Positions 38,070 through 47,659 of a stretch of DNA of 64,000 nt are shown one piece after another. The stretch covers positions 497,262 through 561,261 of the forward strand of contig CAVXQD010000001.1 of NCBI GenBank assembly GCA_963763885.1. Reading direction: 5' to 3'. This DNA is from an uncultured Acidimicrobiales bacterium. Lineage in GTDB: Bacteria; Actinomycetota; Acidimicrobiia; Acidimicrobiales; JANYDT01. The notes beneath the pieces are model-generated. The model was not told the DNA's origin. It worked only from the letters and a program-made list of their open reading frames with translations, and made no database searches. Made by a program: the position numbers and the translations under genes. How positions within the stretch are numbered: the stretch's first letter is position 1; every line of letters begins with the position of its first letter.

Positions 38070-38429
38070 ATGTCAGAAGACCTTCCGGCGGCACCACTTT
38101 CCCCCACGGCCACATTGGCATCGCTTGGCATCACCATGCTTGCTGACCGGGTATTGGTCCATATTCCCTCTCCCGACGGCGAGCGCCGATCCAAAGGTGG
38201 CCTGCTGATTCCCGCCACGGCGCAAGCGTCGCGGCGACTCGCGTGGGCACAGGTCGTTGCCATTGGGCCTGGCGTCCGGCTCATCCAGTTAGGTGACCGC
38301 GTGCTCTTCAACCCGGAAGATCGGTACGAAGTTGAAGTCGGTGGTGAGGATTACCTCCTCCTGCGCGAGCGGGATATTCACGGCGTCTCAGCGGGACGAT
38401 CCAACGGAGCAACCGGCCTGTACCTATAG
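38070..38429 (+). CDS. divergent GroES/Cpn10-family co-chaperone paralogue
   Basis: ATG 38070. [30 protein letters not shown]...AQVVAIGPG...[29 protein letters not shown] aligns by eye to the GroES pattern. Confidence 0.75.
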   Translation: MSEDLPAAPLSPTATLASLGITMLADRVLVHIPSPDGERRSKGGLLIPATAQASRRLAWAQVVAIGPGVRLIQLGDRVLFNPEDRYEVEVGGEDYLLLRERDIHGVSAGRSNGATGLYL

Positions 38430-41325
38430 CTCGAGCGCGTATGACGAAGCCTTTACTGGTCTGCACGTCTCGTATTGGAATGATCCGGTGGGCGGCGCGT
38501 CTCACTTCAACGGCGCGCCAGTCGTCACAGGTATCGCTAATCCAGGTCCTACCTTCTACTACGACTGGACAACCGGTTCGCCTGGCACGGGTATCAACAG
38601 CGACTTCTTCTCCGCCCGGTACACCGGTTATGTCACGTTCCCGACCCCGGGTACTTACCAGCTACGTAATGTGCAAGACAACGGGTCACGGCTGTGGATC
38701 GATGACCAACTTATCCTGGACAACATGTCCCAAATACGTGGACAATCGAACCCCGCCCAGTATGTCGTCACCGGTACGAACGAGACTCATCGGATACGTT
38801 TGGACTACTTCGAGCTGAACGCAGAAGCGTTGATTGGAATCAATGTTGCGACGCCCGGCGCAACATCGTGGCAACTGATACCCACCTCGTGGCTCAAACC
38901 TGCTTACGACCTACCAACGACCACAACGACCTATGACGCAACTGCTGGTTCGCCAGCCAGCGTGGTGAATGCCAGCTATGGGACGACACCGTGGTTGAAG
39001 CTTGTCCGGAGTTCCACTGTGTCGCCTGGCGGCATAAACTTGAAGACGGAATATAACTATGACTCGGCGAACCGTAACCGCCTAGAGTCCAAGCTCCTCC
39101 CCGGAGGAACGGTCTGGAGCTACGAATACTGGGGTCCATCCGACGCCGGCGGTACGCAGTGTCCCGGGGCTGGAACCCAGATGGGCCGTCTAAAGCGCAA
39201 AGTTCGTGCTGGTACATCGTCTCGCCTCGTTGAGGACTACGTGTACGACAACACCGGGCGGATCATCCGCCATGCTCAATCGAACATAAATGGAACCGGC
39301 GGCGTGAACTCGTCATGTTACGAGTACGACGTGCGTGGACGACCAACGAAACGGTCGAACGCCACAACCGGAACCAACACGGTGGCGCAAACCACCACGT
39401 GGGGTTATTCGTTCAACAACAACCCGACAATCAGCGTGTTGAACCAGAACGCCAACTCCAATCCGGCGCCGGCTATCCCAGGAAATATGGGTTCGGATGA
39501 GTTCATCTATCGGGATTGGCTGGGAAGGATGACGTACTACCAGGATGGTTTCAACAACTGGACCGCGTATTCCTTTAACACGGCCGGGCTTTTGTTTAAT
39601 GAATCCAAAGGTTTCGATTTGATCAACACGACAGGTACCGAAGCCGGCCGGCATAACGTTGCTCGTGACTACTTGGGTGATGGCCGTCCATGGAAGGTTC
39701 GGTTCGTTCCGGCTGGGCAAGCTTCGGTAGACGCTGCTGTGCTTGCTTACACGCCGACGGGTGATCTGAATACGATTACGTATGCGAATAACACCCGCTT
39801 GCAGGTCGGTTATGACGTTTTGTTGCGTCAAAACCGGGTGACGTGGCAGACCACCTCGACCGGTGTCTCGTTTGCGTCTGATGCGGTGACGTTGTCGCAG
39901 TCTGGGCGGATTGTTGATCAGTCACTCGATGGGGTGGATGCGAACGCAGCGAGTGGGAACTTCGTATATGACGCTGCAAGTCGTTTGGCGAAGGCGTTCG
40001 TGCCGTCGAACACGTTCGATTACGAGTTCGCCGCGACTGCCGCGTGTGGTCAAGCTGGGGCGGGGAAGAACGGGAACCGGACCCGGGTCTTGCAGAATGG
40101 GGTTGTGCGTGACACGTTCTGTACGAATGATCAGGATCAGACGTACTCGCGTACGGGGGCTGCTATCGATTTTGTTTTCGATGGTCTGGGGCGGATGACG
40201 TCCGGGTACACGAAGACGTTTACGTATGACTCGTTGAATCGGCATCGGTCAACGGTTGGTGCTGGGGTAACGGCGACGTTGTTGCTGGATGGTCGTGACC
40301 GTCGGGTTGGTAGGACTGCGACTGGTGACACAACAACCTGGTACTCGTACGCGGGCCCAAGTGACTCACCAACATGGACGATGGTCCCGAACGGGGCCGG
40401 TCGACGCGTGTCGGACTACGTAGTGCCACTTCCTGGTGGGGTGACGATCAACCGGCAAGAACTTCCTGCTGTGACGGCGAAATGGTCGTATCCGAACATG
40501 CACGGCAGCCTTCTTGCTGTGACCGACAACGCTGGTGTGAAACAAGGCGCCACCTACAAATGGGACCCCGATGGCATGCCCATCGCCAGTACAACCCAAC
40601 CAAACTTGACCACCGGCAACTACGAGAACGGCTGGTTGGGATCACACCAGCGGATGACTGACACCACTGACCCGGCGAACCCGGTCATCAACATGGGAGC
40701 CCGCGTCTACCTCCCACGACTCGCCAAATTCACCTCACCAGACCCTGTCGAAGGAGGCGTCGGCAACGCCGACTACCTCTACCCACCAGACCCCATCAAC
40801 GGATTGGATCTGAGTGGACGAATTCTCACCGACGACACCGGGAACGGGTCATGGGGAGGAAACATCTGTTCCGATCGCCTCGGATGCACCCAGCGACCCG
40901 GAGTGAGTGGTTATCGGGACTGGACCGGGTTGCACCAGTGGATCGCAGAAAACGGCGACGATATAGCGTTGACACTGGAAGCGGCTTCAGTGATTTGCGG
41001 CGGAGCCGCTTTGGTGGCTTCTCCGACCGGCGTGGGTGCCGTTGCGTTTGGTGCCTGCTCAGGTGCTGCCGGAATCGGGTCAACTGTCGCAGTCGTGTCA
41101 CGCGCTCTGGTTTGTGACGTAACCGAGATGCGCGGAACGAAAGCTTGTGCCGGTGCTTCTGCAGACCTCGCTATGGAAGTTGTTTTCCTCGGTTACGGAA
41201 GCTCAGCGAAGCTAGTCATCAAAGGCGGAGGGAACCAGTTCATTGCGAAGCGAGGTAGTGAATTCTTTGAATGGTTCTGGAACATTTGGACTTTCACCGT
41301 TGACTACGGCCAGCGAGTTAGCTGA
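38293..41325 (+). CDS. PA14-domain + RHS/YD-repeat polymorphic toxin with a variable C-terminal domain (true start unclear)
   Basis: A PA14-like block (GLHVSYWND...[36 protein letters not shown]) comes first. Many YD repeats follow ([27 protein letters not shown]). The RHS core end is [18 protein letters not shown]...[15 protein letters not shown], then about 170 aa of unrelated tail. GC is lower than in flanking genes: my hand counts of two 100-nt samples gave 53% and 59%, against 73% in a trpC sample. Confidence 0.85.
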   Translation: MTACSSTRKIGTKLKSVVRITSSCASGIFTASQRDDPTEQPACTYSSSAYDEAFTGLHVSYWNDPVGGASHFNGAPVVTGIANPGPTFYYDWTTGSPGTGINSDFFSARYTGYVTFPTPGTYQLRNVQDNGSRLWIDDQLILDNMSQIRGQSNPAQYVVTGTNETHRIRLDYFELNAEALIGINVATPGATSWQLIPTSWLKPAYDLPTTTTTYDATAGSPASVVNASYGTTPWLKLVRSSTVSPGGINLKTEYNYDSANRNRLESKLLPGGTVWSYEYWGPSDAGGTQCPGAGTQMGRLKRKVRAGTSSRLVEDYVYDNTGRIIRHAQSNINGTGGVNSSCYEYDVRGRPTKRSNATTGTNTVAQTTTWGYSFNNNPTISVLNQNANSNPAPAIPGNMGSDEFIYRDWLGRMTYYQDGFNNWTAYSFNTAGLLFNESKGFDLINTTGTEAGRHNVARDYLGDGRPWKVRFVPAGQASVDAAVLAYTPTGDLNTITYANNTRLQVGYDVLLRQNRVTWQTTSTGVSFASDAVTLSQSGRIVDQSLDGVDANAASGNFVYDAASRLAKAFVPSNTFDYEFAATAACGQAGAGKNGNRTRVLQNGVVRDTFCTNDQDQTYSRTGAAIDFVFDGLGRMTSGYTKTFTYDSLNRHRSTVGAGVTATLLLDGRDRRVGRTATGDTTTWYSYAGPSDSPTWTMVPNGAGRRVSDYVVPLPGGVTINRQELPAVTAKWSYPNMHGSLLAVTDNAGVKQGATYKWDPDGMPIASTTQPNLTTGNYENGWLGSHQRMTDTTDPANPVINMGARVYLPRLAKFTSPDPVEGGVGNADYLYPPDPINGLDLSGRILTDDTGNGSWGGNICSDRLGCTQRPGVSGYRDWTGLHQWIAENGDDIALTLEAASVICGGAALVASPTGVGAVAFGACSGAAGIGSTVAVVSRALVCDVTEMRGTKACAGASADLAMEVVFLGYGSSAKLVIKGGGNQFIAKRGSEFFEWFWNIWTFTVDYGQRVS

Positions 41326-41588
41326 TGAAAATAGTTATGAAGACCGGATTGTTCCTATTGGTTCTTCCAGTTCTCGGGTCTCCGATCATTCTCGCCCTCC
41401 TCCCCTTCGCTATCAAACAGATAGGTCTGGACCAGACGTTTTCCTGGCTTGCTCACCCACTAAGACATGCTCGCCACAACAGTCTCGATGCCCCTGATGC
41501 TTTGCGCTTTTGGACCGGAGCAATTGTTGCGTCCTTGGTTTCTATCCCTGTCATTCTGGTCGCCCTGATAGTGGAGCTTCTCACGTGA
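41325..41588 (+). CDS. candidate immunity protein: 87-aa two-TM membrane protein
   Basis: Its ATG shares its A with the toxin TGA (tgATG). The two hydrophobic helices are LFLLVLPVLGSPIILALLPFAI and IVASLVSIPVILVALIVELL. GC is about 46% over the first 100 nt by hand count. Confidence 0.5.
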   Translation: MKIVMKTGLFLLVLPVLGSPIILALLPFAIKQIGLDQTFSWLAHPLRHARHNSLDAPDALRFWTGAIVASLVSIPVILVALIVELLT

Positions 41589-41714
41589 TCTCACCCGCTT
41601 GGTTGTCGTAACTCGTCGCGTAACGCCACGACTGGTCCCGAGTCTTACCGATGCTGCTGTTTGAGAACGCTGGAGGATTTTGGCCCCACTTGAGGGGTTT
41701 CGCGCTGGGGCGAG

Positions 41715-42868
41715 TTCTGTCGGTCGTTGCTACACGGTTTGATTTCTGAGTGTATCGAAACGCTGTTGCGGGGAGTCCCAGCTGAGCGTCTTGCGGGGTC
41801 GTTCATTGAGCTCTCGTTCAACCTCAGCGAGCCGTTCGGCACTGTGCAGGTAGAGGTCAGTGCGCTTTGGGAAGTACCCGCTTAGGAGGCCGTTGGTGTT
41901 CTCGTTCGACGGGCGTTGCCATGGCGAACGCGGGTCGCAGAAGAACACCGGTATCCCTGTTGTCAACGGCCAATATGTTGTCCTCGGTGGTGGCCAGGTG
42001 AAAGTCCTCGCGGCTGGTCACTTCGGGGGTGATCGATGCTTTCAGCTGATCGGCAGTTCGTGCCCCGTTGAGGTGGACGACCATCGTGTACCTGGTGACC
42101 CGCTCAACCAGCGTTCCAATGGCCGACCCGTTGAACTCTCCGACAATCAGATTTCCTTCCCAATAACCGGCCTCGGTTCGGTCAGCGGCCCCTGCTTGTC
42201 GCTCGCTCACCGGGCTCATCGGCGTCACGAAACGCTGTTGTCGCTCACCAACAACACGCCGCCTGCGGCGTTGCAGTCGACGCGTACGCAAGGCCTTCTC
42301 CCGGCGGAGCGGGACAAGGGGTTGTAGATCCCGCGGTAGGTCGACCCCACCGAGACTTGCGGGCCGTCAGCACGTTTGGCCAACGATACCGAGATCTGCT
42401 CCGGGCTCCACTGCTTATCTAGTAGCAGCTGAACCTCAGCACTCACGACCGGGTCAGCAAGCTTGTGCGCTTTGGGCCGAGGTCGCCGCCCGATCATCTT
42501 GTTATGCGCTCGGTACGGCTGATACTCATCCGCTTCGCTGTTCCGATTGAACTCGCGACAAATCGTTGACACCGCTCGACCAGGTAGCAACGCAGCAATC
42601 CCCCCGGCCGGACAAACCGAGTCGCTCGGCGTCGGCGATCGGCGAGTACACATTCGACCGGTCGTTGAACTTCGCCCGGCGGCCGTGCTGCCACCGCACA
42701 CCAGTCTTCCGGTTGACCCCAACCCGACGACACGCCTTCGGCATTACTCAAACCTGTCTTCATCAACTCGACATAGAAAGCCCGCTTCTCCACCAACGGG
42801 AAACCACCACCACGACCCCATAAACCTCACCTCTCAGACTGTTCAAGGTGTAGCCACGACCCTCAGAA
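41715..42868 (-). mobile_element. decayed IS30-family insertion sequence (about 1.15 kb)
   Basis: The terminal inverted repeats are ttctgtcggtcgttgctacac (41715-41735) and the reverse complement of 42848-42868, ttctgagggtcgtggctacac, matching at 18 of 21 positions. They enclose IS30-type transposase fragments. Confidence 0.65.
41730..42796 (-). pseudogene. IS30-family DDE transposase, multiply frameshifted
   Basis: Homology is spread over at least 4 frames. The pieces are an N-terminal HTH (MVEKRAFYVELMKTGLSNAE, then ACRRVGVNRKTGVRWQHGR), WSPEQISVSL, GYWEGNLIVG...TLVERVTRY and FFCDPRSPWQRPSNENTNGLLSGYFPKRTDL...LNERPRKTL. Confidence 0.75.
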
Positions 42869-43043
42869 TCCACCAAAGGAATGCGCGGAAAGTGTCGCAG
42901 CAGCAAAACGTGACGATCCGCCCCTGGAGGGTTCCTCATCAACACGCCCACATCGTGCGTTACCCCTCCTCGTGTCCCAAGGAAAGCAGAAGTCACACTC
43001 AGTGCGTATCCCAATCGGCGTACCGTGCCCTCGTCCTAGTTGA

Positions 43044-43057
43044 CTAGCTATAGCTAG
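43044..43057. repeat. perfect 14-bp palindrome ctagctatagctag in a CTAG-rich patch upstream of hisI
   Basis: Read directly from the sequence. A further ctag is at 43036-43039. It sits at the junction between the island and hisI. Confidence 0.6.
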
Positions 43058-43098
43058 GCATAGCCAGCGAAGCTCGGACCAGCCCCTACATTGGAGGA

Positions 43099-43527
43099 AT
43101 GGACACCGAGACCGCTACCGACAAGGCGACCCCCGCTGGGCGGTTCGAACCTCATTCTGGTGATTCGGAGTTTCTTCCCCTCAATGAAGTCCAGCTGCGT
43201 TGGAACACCGAGGGCTTGATTCCAGCCATCGTCCAAGACGCCAGCAACGGTGAAGTTCTCATGATGGCCTGGATGAACAGCGAGACACTCGCTCTCAGCC
43301 TGCATGAAGGTCGCACCGTCTTTTGGAGTCGATCACGGCAGGAAATCTGGCGCAAGGGCGACACCAGCGGAGATCGTCAGTTCATTCGCTCAGCCAGTTT
43401 TGACTGCGACGCCGACACGCTGCTGTTTGTTGTTGAACAAGAAGGTAAAGGGGCCTGCCACACCGGTGCCCGCTCGTGTTTCTTTCGCCAGTTCAGCCCA
43501 GTTGTTCAAGGCGCAGAGACCACATGA
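43099..43527 (+). CDS. hisI: phosphoribosyl-AMP cyclohydrolase
   Basis: GGAGG lies before the ATG. Motifs are [37 protein letters not shown] and CDADTLLF...GACHTG. Confidence 0.93.
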   Translation: MDTETATDKATPAGRFEPHSGDSEFLPLNEVQLRWNTEGLIPAIVQDASNGEVLMMAWMNSETLALSLHEGRTVFWSRSRQEIWRKGDTSGDRQFIRSASFDCDADTLLFVVEQEGKGACHTGARSCFFRQFSPVVQGAETT

Positions 43528-44453
43528 ACGAGACCATCCGCGAGGACTCTCCCAGTCCTTCCAACCAGCCGGTATCGGCAGGGGCGGTTGCCAATGAGCT
43601 CGCTGCGCTGACCGCCGGCGACGCATGCATCGCTGAGCATCGCGATGTCATCGTGGCTGCTGGGCCCGACACCACACGTTTCCTCCACGGCCAGTTGACC
43701 CAAAACGTCGAGCTCCTACGCGAAGGCCAAGTTGCCTGGTCTCTGCTCTTGCAACCGAATGGGCGCTTCGTTTCGCTCGTGCGTTTGCACAGGGTTAATG
43801 CAGAGACCATCCTCGTCGACGTTGAGGCGGGCCAAGGGCAAACTGCCCTTGCTGCCCTCAGCAGGTTTCTCATTCGGACAAAGTGCACACTTACTCTGCA
43901 CACAGACGTTCCCGGATTTCGGGTGCTGGCTCAGCCCGTCACTGTCGGACCTGAGTTGCGCCTTGTTTCCTGCCAACCTTGGGCAGGTTGGCTCCTTACC
44001 CTGCTCGATCCTGCAACCCCATCTGCAAGTGTGGACCCGCCGGCAGGCGTCAACATCGTGTCAGAAACTGCCGCGGAGGCCTTCCGGGTCCAACACGGCG
44101 AACCGCGCTTTGGTTTCGACCTGACCGAAACAACCCTGCCCAGTGAAACCAGCTTGCAGTCGTGCGCCATTGCGTTCGGCAAGGGGTGCTACACCGGGCA
44201 AGAGCTCGTAGAACGTATCGATAGTCGTGGCCGCGTCGTGCGGTCGTTGGTGCGAATCGAATCAACTTCGCCGCTTGCCGCTGGCGTGTCGTTGTCCGAT
44301 GCCACCGGCGCGGATAGAGGAATCGTGACGTCAGCGGCCAGCGTCGCGGACGGAAATTGGGCTGGGATTGCACTTGTTCGAAACAGCGACGCTGGTCTCA
44401 CCGTGGACGGAAGTCCGGTGAGCGTGTTTGACCTGATTGACCAGGCCGAATGA
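43524..44453 (+). CDS. YgfZ/CAF17-type folate-binding protein (GcvT-like fold)
   Basis: ATGA overlap with hisI. Motifs are [10 protein letters not shown] and the C-terminal [19 protein letters not shown] signature. Confidence 0.75.
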   Translation: MNETIREDSPSPSNQPVSAGAVANELAALTAGDACIAEHRDVIVAAGPDTTRFLHGQLTQNVELLREGQVAWSLLLQPNGRFVSLVRLHRVNAETILVDVEAGQGQTALAALSRFLIRTKCTLTLHTDVPGFRVLAQPVTVGPELRLVSCQPWAGWLLTLLDPATPSASVDPPAGVNIVSETAAEAFRVQHGEPRFGFDLTETTLPSETSLQSCAIAFGKGCYTGQELVERIDSRGRVVRSLVRIESTSPLAAGVSLSDATGADRGIVTSAASVADGNWAGIALVRNSDAGLTVDGSPVSVFDLIDQAE

Positions 44454-45373
44454 AGGCAAAACGAGTCACCGCGTTGGCTGTGTCGTTGCTGGCCGGCGTT
44501 GCGGTTGCTGGCTGTGTGAACCAAGAACCGGTTGCGTACATCGAAGTTCCCTCCACACTTCCGCTGCTCCCAACAATTCCAACAACGCGCAGCGCCCAAG
44601 CCTTGAAGCAGCAGATTCCTTCCGTAGGTGGCGTCACCACCACCACAACAATTGGCTTCGCCAAGGGGTCTGTTTCGCTCACGGGAATCGTTCGTGGTCC
44701 CGACGGTGAACCTGTTCCGCAAGCCGTGGTTGTACTCACCCGCATCCTCGGCGATCAACGAGCCGTGCTGAGGGTCCAAACCAACGAGGACGGTCGGTAC
44801 GTCGCTTCCAACGTCAAAGGGGGAGTGGTCGAGCTCTATGCCTTCAAGCCACCCGACCTTTCTGCGGGAGACGCCAAAGTGGTGTTCGCGTCCGGAAAGA
44901 CAACACAGGATCTTTCCCTTGGGGACTTCTCCGACCTGGAGATTCGTTGGTCCGTCGGACCGGGCCAACCCACTATCGGACAAGCAATCAACCTCACGAT
45001 TCAGCTCAACGTTCGACGCGTCGACCCTGATGGAATCGTGCGTCCGGCGCCGCTCGAAGGCATCGCCGTTCGTATCGTTGCGCTTGGCGCCCTGCAGCCA
45101 AGCGCAGACTCCGAGCGGGTGACCGATGCGCGTGGCCTTGCCAGTTTCAACATGATTTGCAATGGTGCTGGAACTGCCAACGTACAGGCCTACTTCGCAA
45201 CCGGCGAAGACACGGTGATCGAGCCCCGATCTTGTCAGCCGCCTCCCACCACAGCTCCGCCAGATACAACTGGGCCTGCAGCGTCGACTGGGCCGAAGCG
45301 GACAGTCGACTCTGCAACTCAGTCGCAGACACCTTCGACCCAACCGACGGTAACCATCCCCGTCATCCCGTAG
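44450..45373 (+). CDS. lipoprotein with carboxypeptidase-regulatory-like beta-sandwich repeats and a Pro/Thr tail
   Basis: ATGA overlap with ygfZ. The lipobox is LLAGVAVAGC. GIVRGPDGEPVPQAVVVL is also present. Confidence 0.65.
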   Translation: MKAKRVTALAVSLLAGVAVAGCVNQEPVAYIEVPSTLPLLPTIPTTRSAQALKQQIPSVGGVTTTTTIGFAKGSVSLTGIVRGPDGEPVPQAVVVLTRILGDQRAVLRVQTNEDGRYVASNVKGGVVELYAFKPPDLSAGDAKVVFASGKTTQDLSLGDFSDLEIRWSVGPGQPTIGQAINLTIQLNVRRVDPDGIVRPAPLEGIAVRIVALGALQPSADSERVTDARGLASFNMICNGAGTANVQAYFATGEDTVIEPRSCQPPPTTAPPDTTGPAASTGPKRTVDSATQSQTPSTQPTVTIPVIP

Positions 45374-45383
45374 CCTCTAGGTG

Positions 45384-46889
45384 TTATCGTGCTTTCGGCC
45401 ACACGTACGAGAACGTTGTGCCGGTGTGCGCCGTAGCGATGGTGACCTCGCCGCCCATGGCAGTGGCAAGCTCAGAGACAATCGCAAGACCGAGACCTGA
45501 GCCGATCTTTCGTGTCGGTTGACGGTCGCTCGTAAATGACCGCTCAAACACGTGCGGAAGATCGCGTGGGTCAATCCCCGGTCCATCATCTTGCACGGTA
45601 ATGACAAACCCAGCCGACAGATCGTTCTGTCCAAGGTCAGACCTCGACAGCCCAACGGACAAACCAACCGTGACTGCAGACTTGGCGAACTTCAGTGCGT
45701 TCTCAATCAGGTTGGCGACCATCTGAGCCAACCGGTCAGGGTCGACCATGCAGTGCAGATCCTGGTTGGCGTCGAGATGAAGCGCCACTCCGGCACCCTC
45801 GGCGGCAGGAAGAAAACCATCTGCCGTGTCTGTGACGAGGTCGGTAAGGTCCACGTCAACCGGCTTCAGCGCAAACTGGTTGGATTCGAGCTTGGCAAGG
45901 TCGAGTAGATCCCTCACCAGTCGCTCGAGCCGCCGGGACTCGGCCACGATCACTTCAGCACTCCGACCCGGGTCGTCGACTGCCCCATCGGCGAGCGCTT
46001 CTGCGTATCCGCGGATACTCGTCAGGGGCGTCCTCAGGTCGTGGCTCACCGACAACAAGAACTGGCGTTCCTGATCACGCGCGCGCTGCAACGACTCGGC
46101 CATTGAATCCAGTGCGCTGAGAAGTTCGTCCACTTCGTTGCTCCGCCTTCGACGAAAGCCACTTGCTCCAGCGGGCCGCGCAATGGTGTCCCACCCCCGG
46201 CGGGAGAATCGTGAGCCGCGCCCGCTGTTGGCCCGGACCCGAACCGACAAATCGCCGGAAGCGATTCGTCGATACGCTGCGGTAGCCGCTCGCAATGGTG
46301 CGCTGATGTTCTGCGCAATGATCACTGCAGCGACGGCGGTGATTGCGAGCCCAGCCAGCGAGCCCAAGGCGATTAGTCCAACGGCTCGAGTTGCCGTGTC
46401 GGTGATTGGTCCAACAAGCACGATTGCTTCGAACAAATTGTCTTCGGCAAGCGGCTCAGAAACAGATATGGCCTGGTCGTTGGCAACTCGGCCAACCGGG
46501 GCCATTGCCCAGGTAAGGCCCTTGTTGACTCTCGACACGGTATTGCCCCGCGCTACGGCGGCGAAGTCAGCAGACGTCCAATCTTCGGTCACCTCGATGA
46601 GGGACTGGACTGGGAGTCCCTTCTCTTGCAGATACCGCACCTGCTCGAGGCGTGGCGAATCCGACGGGAAGCGCACCTGCGCCGCCGCAGTGAGATTGAG
46701 TGCCGACAGGGCGATGTCCAACGAGTTCGGCGCGTCGATGTTGCCGGCCAACCGTTCACTGCTCTCTCGCAGCCGTTGGATCTCTCGGGCGCTGTCATCG
46801 CGACGCAGCAACAGAAAGCTGCCGAGCGCAGCAACCGTAAGCGCGGCGACGACCGTACTGAGGAGAACGAGGAGCAGCCGGCGGCGCAC
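45384..46889 (-). CDS. two-component sensor histidine kinase (2 TM, HAMP, HisKA, HATPase)
   Basis: Motifs are FLLSVSHDLRTPLTSIRGY (H-box), NLIENALKF, VQDDGPGI and GSGLGLAIV. Confidence 0.9.
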   Translation of the reverse strand: MRRRLLLVLLSTVVAALTVAALGSFLLLRRDDSAREIQRLRESSERLAGNIDAPNSLDIALSALNLTAAAQVRFPSDSPRLEQVRYLQEKGLPVQSLIEVTEDWTSADFAAVARGNTVSRVNKGLTWAMAPVGRVANDQAISVSEPLAEDNLFEAIVLVGPITDTATRAVGLIALGSLAGLAITAVAAVIIAQNISAPLRAATAAYRRIASGDLSVRVRANSGRGSRFSRRGWDTIARPAGASGFRRRRSNEVDELLSALDSMAESLQRARDQERQFLLSVSHDLRTPLTSIRGYAEALADGAVDDPGRSAEVIVAESRRLERLVRDLLDLAKLESNQFALKPVDVDLTDLVTDTADGFLPAAEGAGVALHLDANQDLHCMVDPDRLAQMVANLIENALKFAKSAVTVGLSVGLSRSDLGQNDLSAGFVITVQDDGPGIDPRDLPHVFERSFTSDRQPTRKIGSGLGLAIVSELATAMGGEVTIATAHTGTTFSYVWPKAR

Positions 46890-46895
46890 AGGCCG

Positions 46896-47588
46896 TCAGT
46901 TCAATCGGTAGCCAACACCGAAAACCGTCTTGAGCGGAAATGCATCGCCCAACTTCTTGCGGAGTTGACGCACGTGGACGTCGACGGTTCGCTCGTCTCC
47001 GTACCAGCCCACACCCCAAACCCCGTCCAGCAGTTGTTGGCGCGACAGTACGAGGCCCTGATTCGATGCGAAGTAGGCAAGCAGGTCGAACTCGCGGTTT
47101 GCGAGTGCAACCACTGCGCCACCGGCTGTTGCCTCACGGCGGGACATGTCAACTTCCACGTCGCCAGCCATCAATACCTCAGCGCCGTCTTCCTTGTGTG
47201 GCTGGTCAGTGCGGCGGAGGATTGCTTTGACACGGGCAACAATTTCACGAGGGCTAAACGGCTTCGTCACGTAGTCGTCGGCGCCGAACTCGAGGCCCAA
47301 CACTCGGTCAATCTCGCCGTCACGTGCGGTCAGCATCATCACCGGCAGGCTTCCTTTTGCCCGGATCGCGCGACACAGTTCCATTCCATCCATAGCGCCT
47401 GGCAAGCCGATGTCGAGGATGGCCATCCTGGGCCGCTCTCGTTCAATAGCCGCCAGACCTGCTTCACCAGTGACAGCTTGAATGACCCGGTAGCCGGCCT
47501 GGCGGAGGTACATGTCCAGTAGGTCTGCGATGTTGGGGTCGTCTTCAACTACCACAATGGTTCCGAGCGGGTTGGAGTCGACAGACAT
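46896..47588 (-). CDS. OmpR/PhoB-family response regulator
   Basis: The receiver domain has IVVVEDDPNIADLL...AILDIGLPG...MLTAR. The winged-helix output has REFDLL...VLSRQQLL...VDVHVRQLRKKL. Confidence 0.93.
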   Translation of the reverse strand: MSVDSNPLGTIVVVEDDPNIADLLDMYLRQAGYRVIQAVTGEAGLAAIERERPRMAILDIGLPGAMDGMELCRAIRAKGSLPVMMLTARDGEIDRVLGLEFGADDYVTKPFSPREIVARVKAILRRTDQPHKEDGAEVLMAGDVEVDMSRREATAGGAVVALANREFDLLAYFASNQGLVLSRQQLLDGVWGVGWYGDERTVDVHVRQLRKKLGDAFPLKTVFGVGYRLN

Positions 47589-47659
47589 GACGCCAGACTA
47601 TGGGCACGCGGTGCCTAACACACGGACTGTTGTCGGCGGGAAGCTAGCTTTGGGCATAC

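Noticed and set aside
38441-38818. 125-aa ATG-initiated ORF in an alternative frame at the 5' end of the rhs gene, considered as a possible true upstream gene or leader.
   Set aside because: Its sequence is low-complexity and Ser/Thr/Arg-rich, whereas the overlapping frame encodes a recognisable PA14 domain.
43040-43070. TTGACT at 43040-43045 as the -35 element of a hisI promoter.
   Set aside because: No acceptable TAnnnT -10 hexamer lies at 16-19 nt spacing (the sequence there is gccagc). Only the palindrome is reported.
44189-45343. 384-aa minus-strand ORF antisense to the lipoprotein gene. Similar long antisense ORFs occur at 53891..55024, 53658..54599, 58104..59213, 11737..12876, 15611..16672, 17916..18842, 62241..63137, 48942..49775, 49776..50561 and 37082..37855.
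   Set aside because: All are Arg/Pro/Gly/Ser-rich with no recognisable motifs. Each lies opposite a gene with clear family signatures. Such shadow ORFs are expected in DNA above 60% GC.
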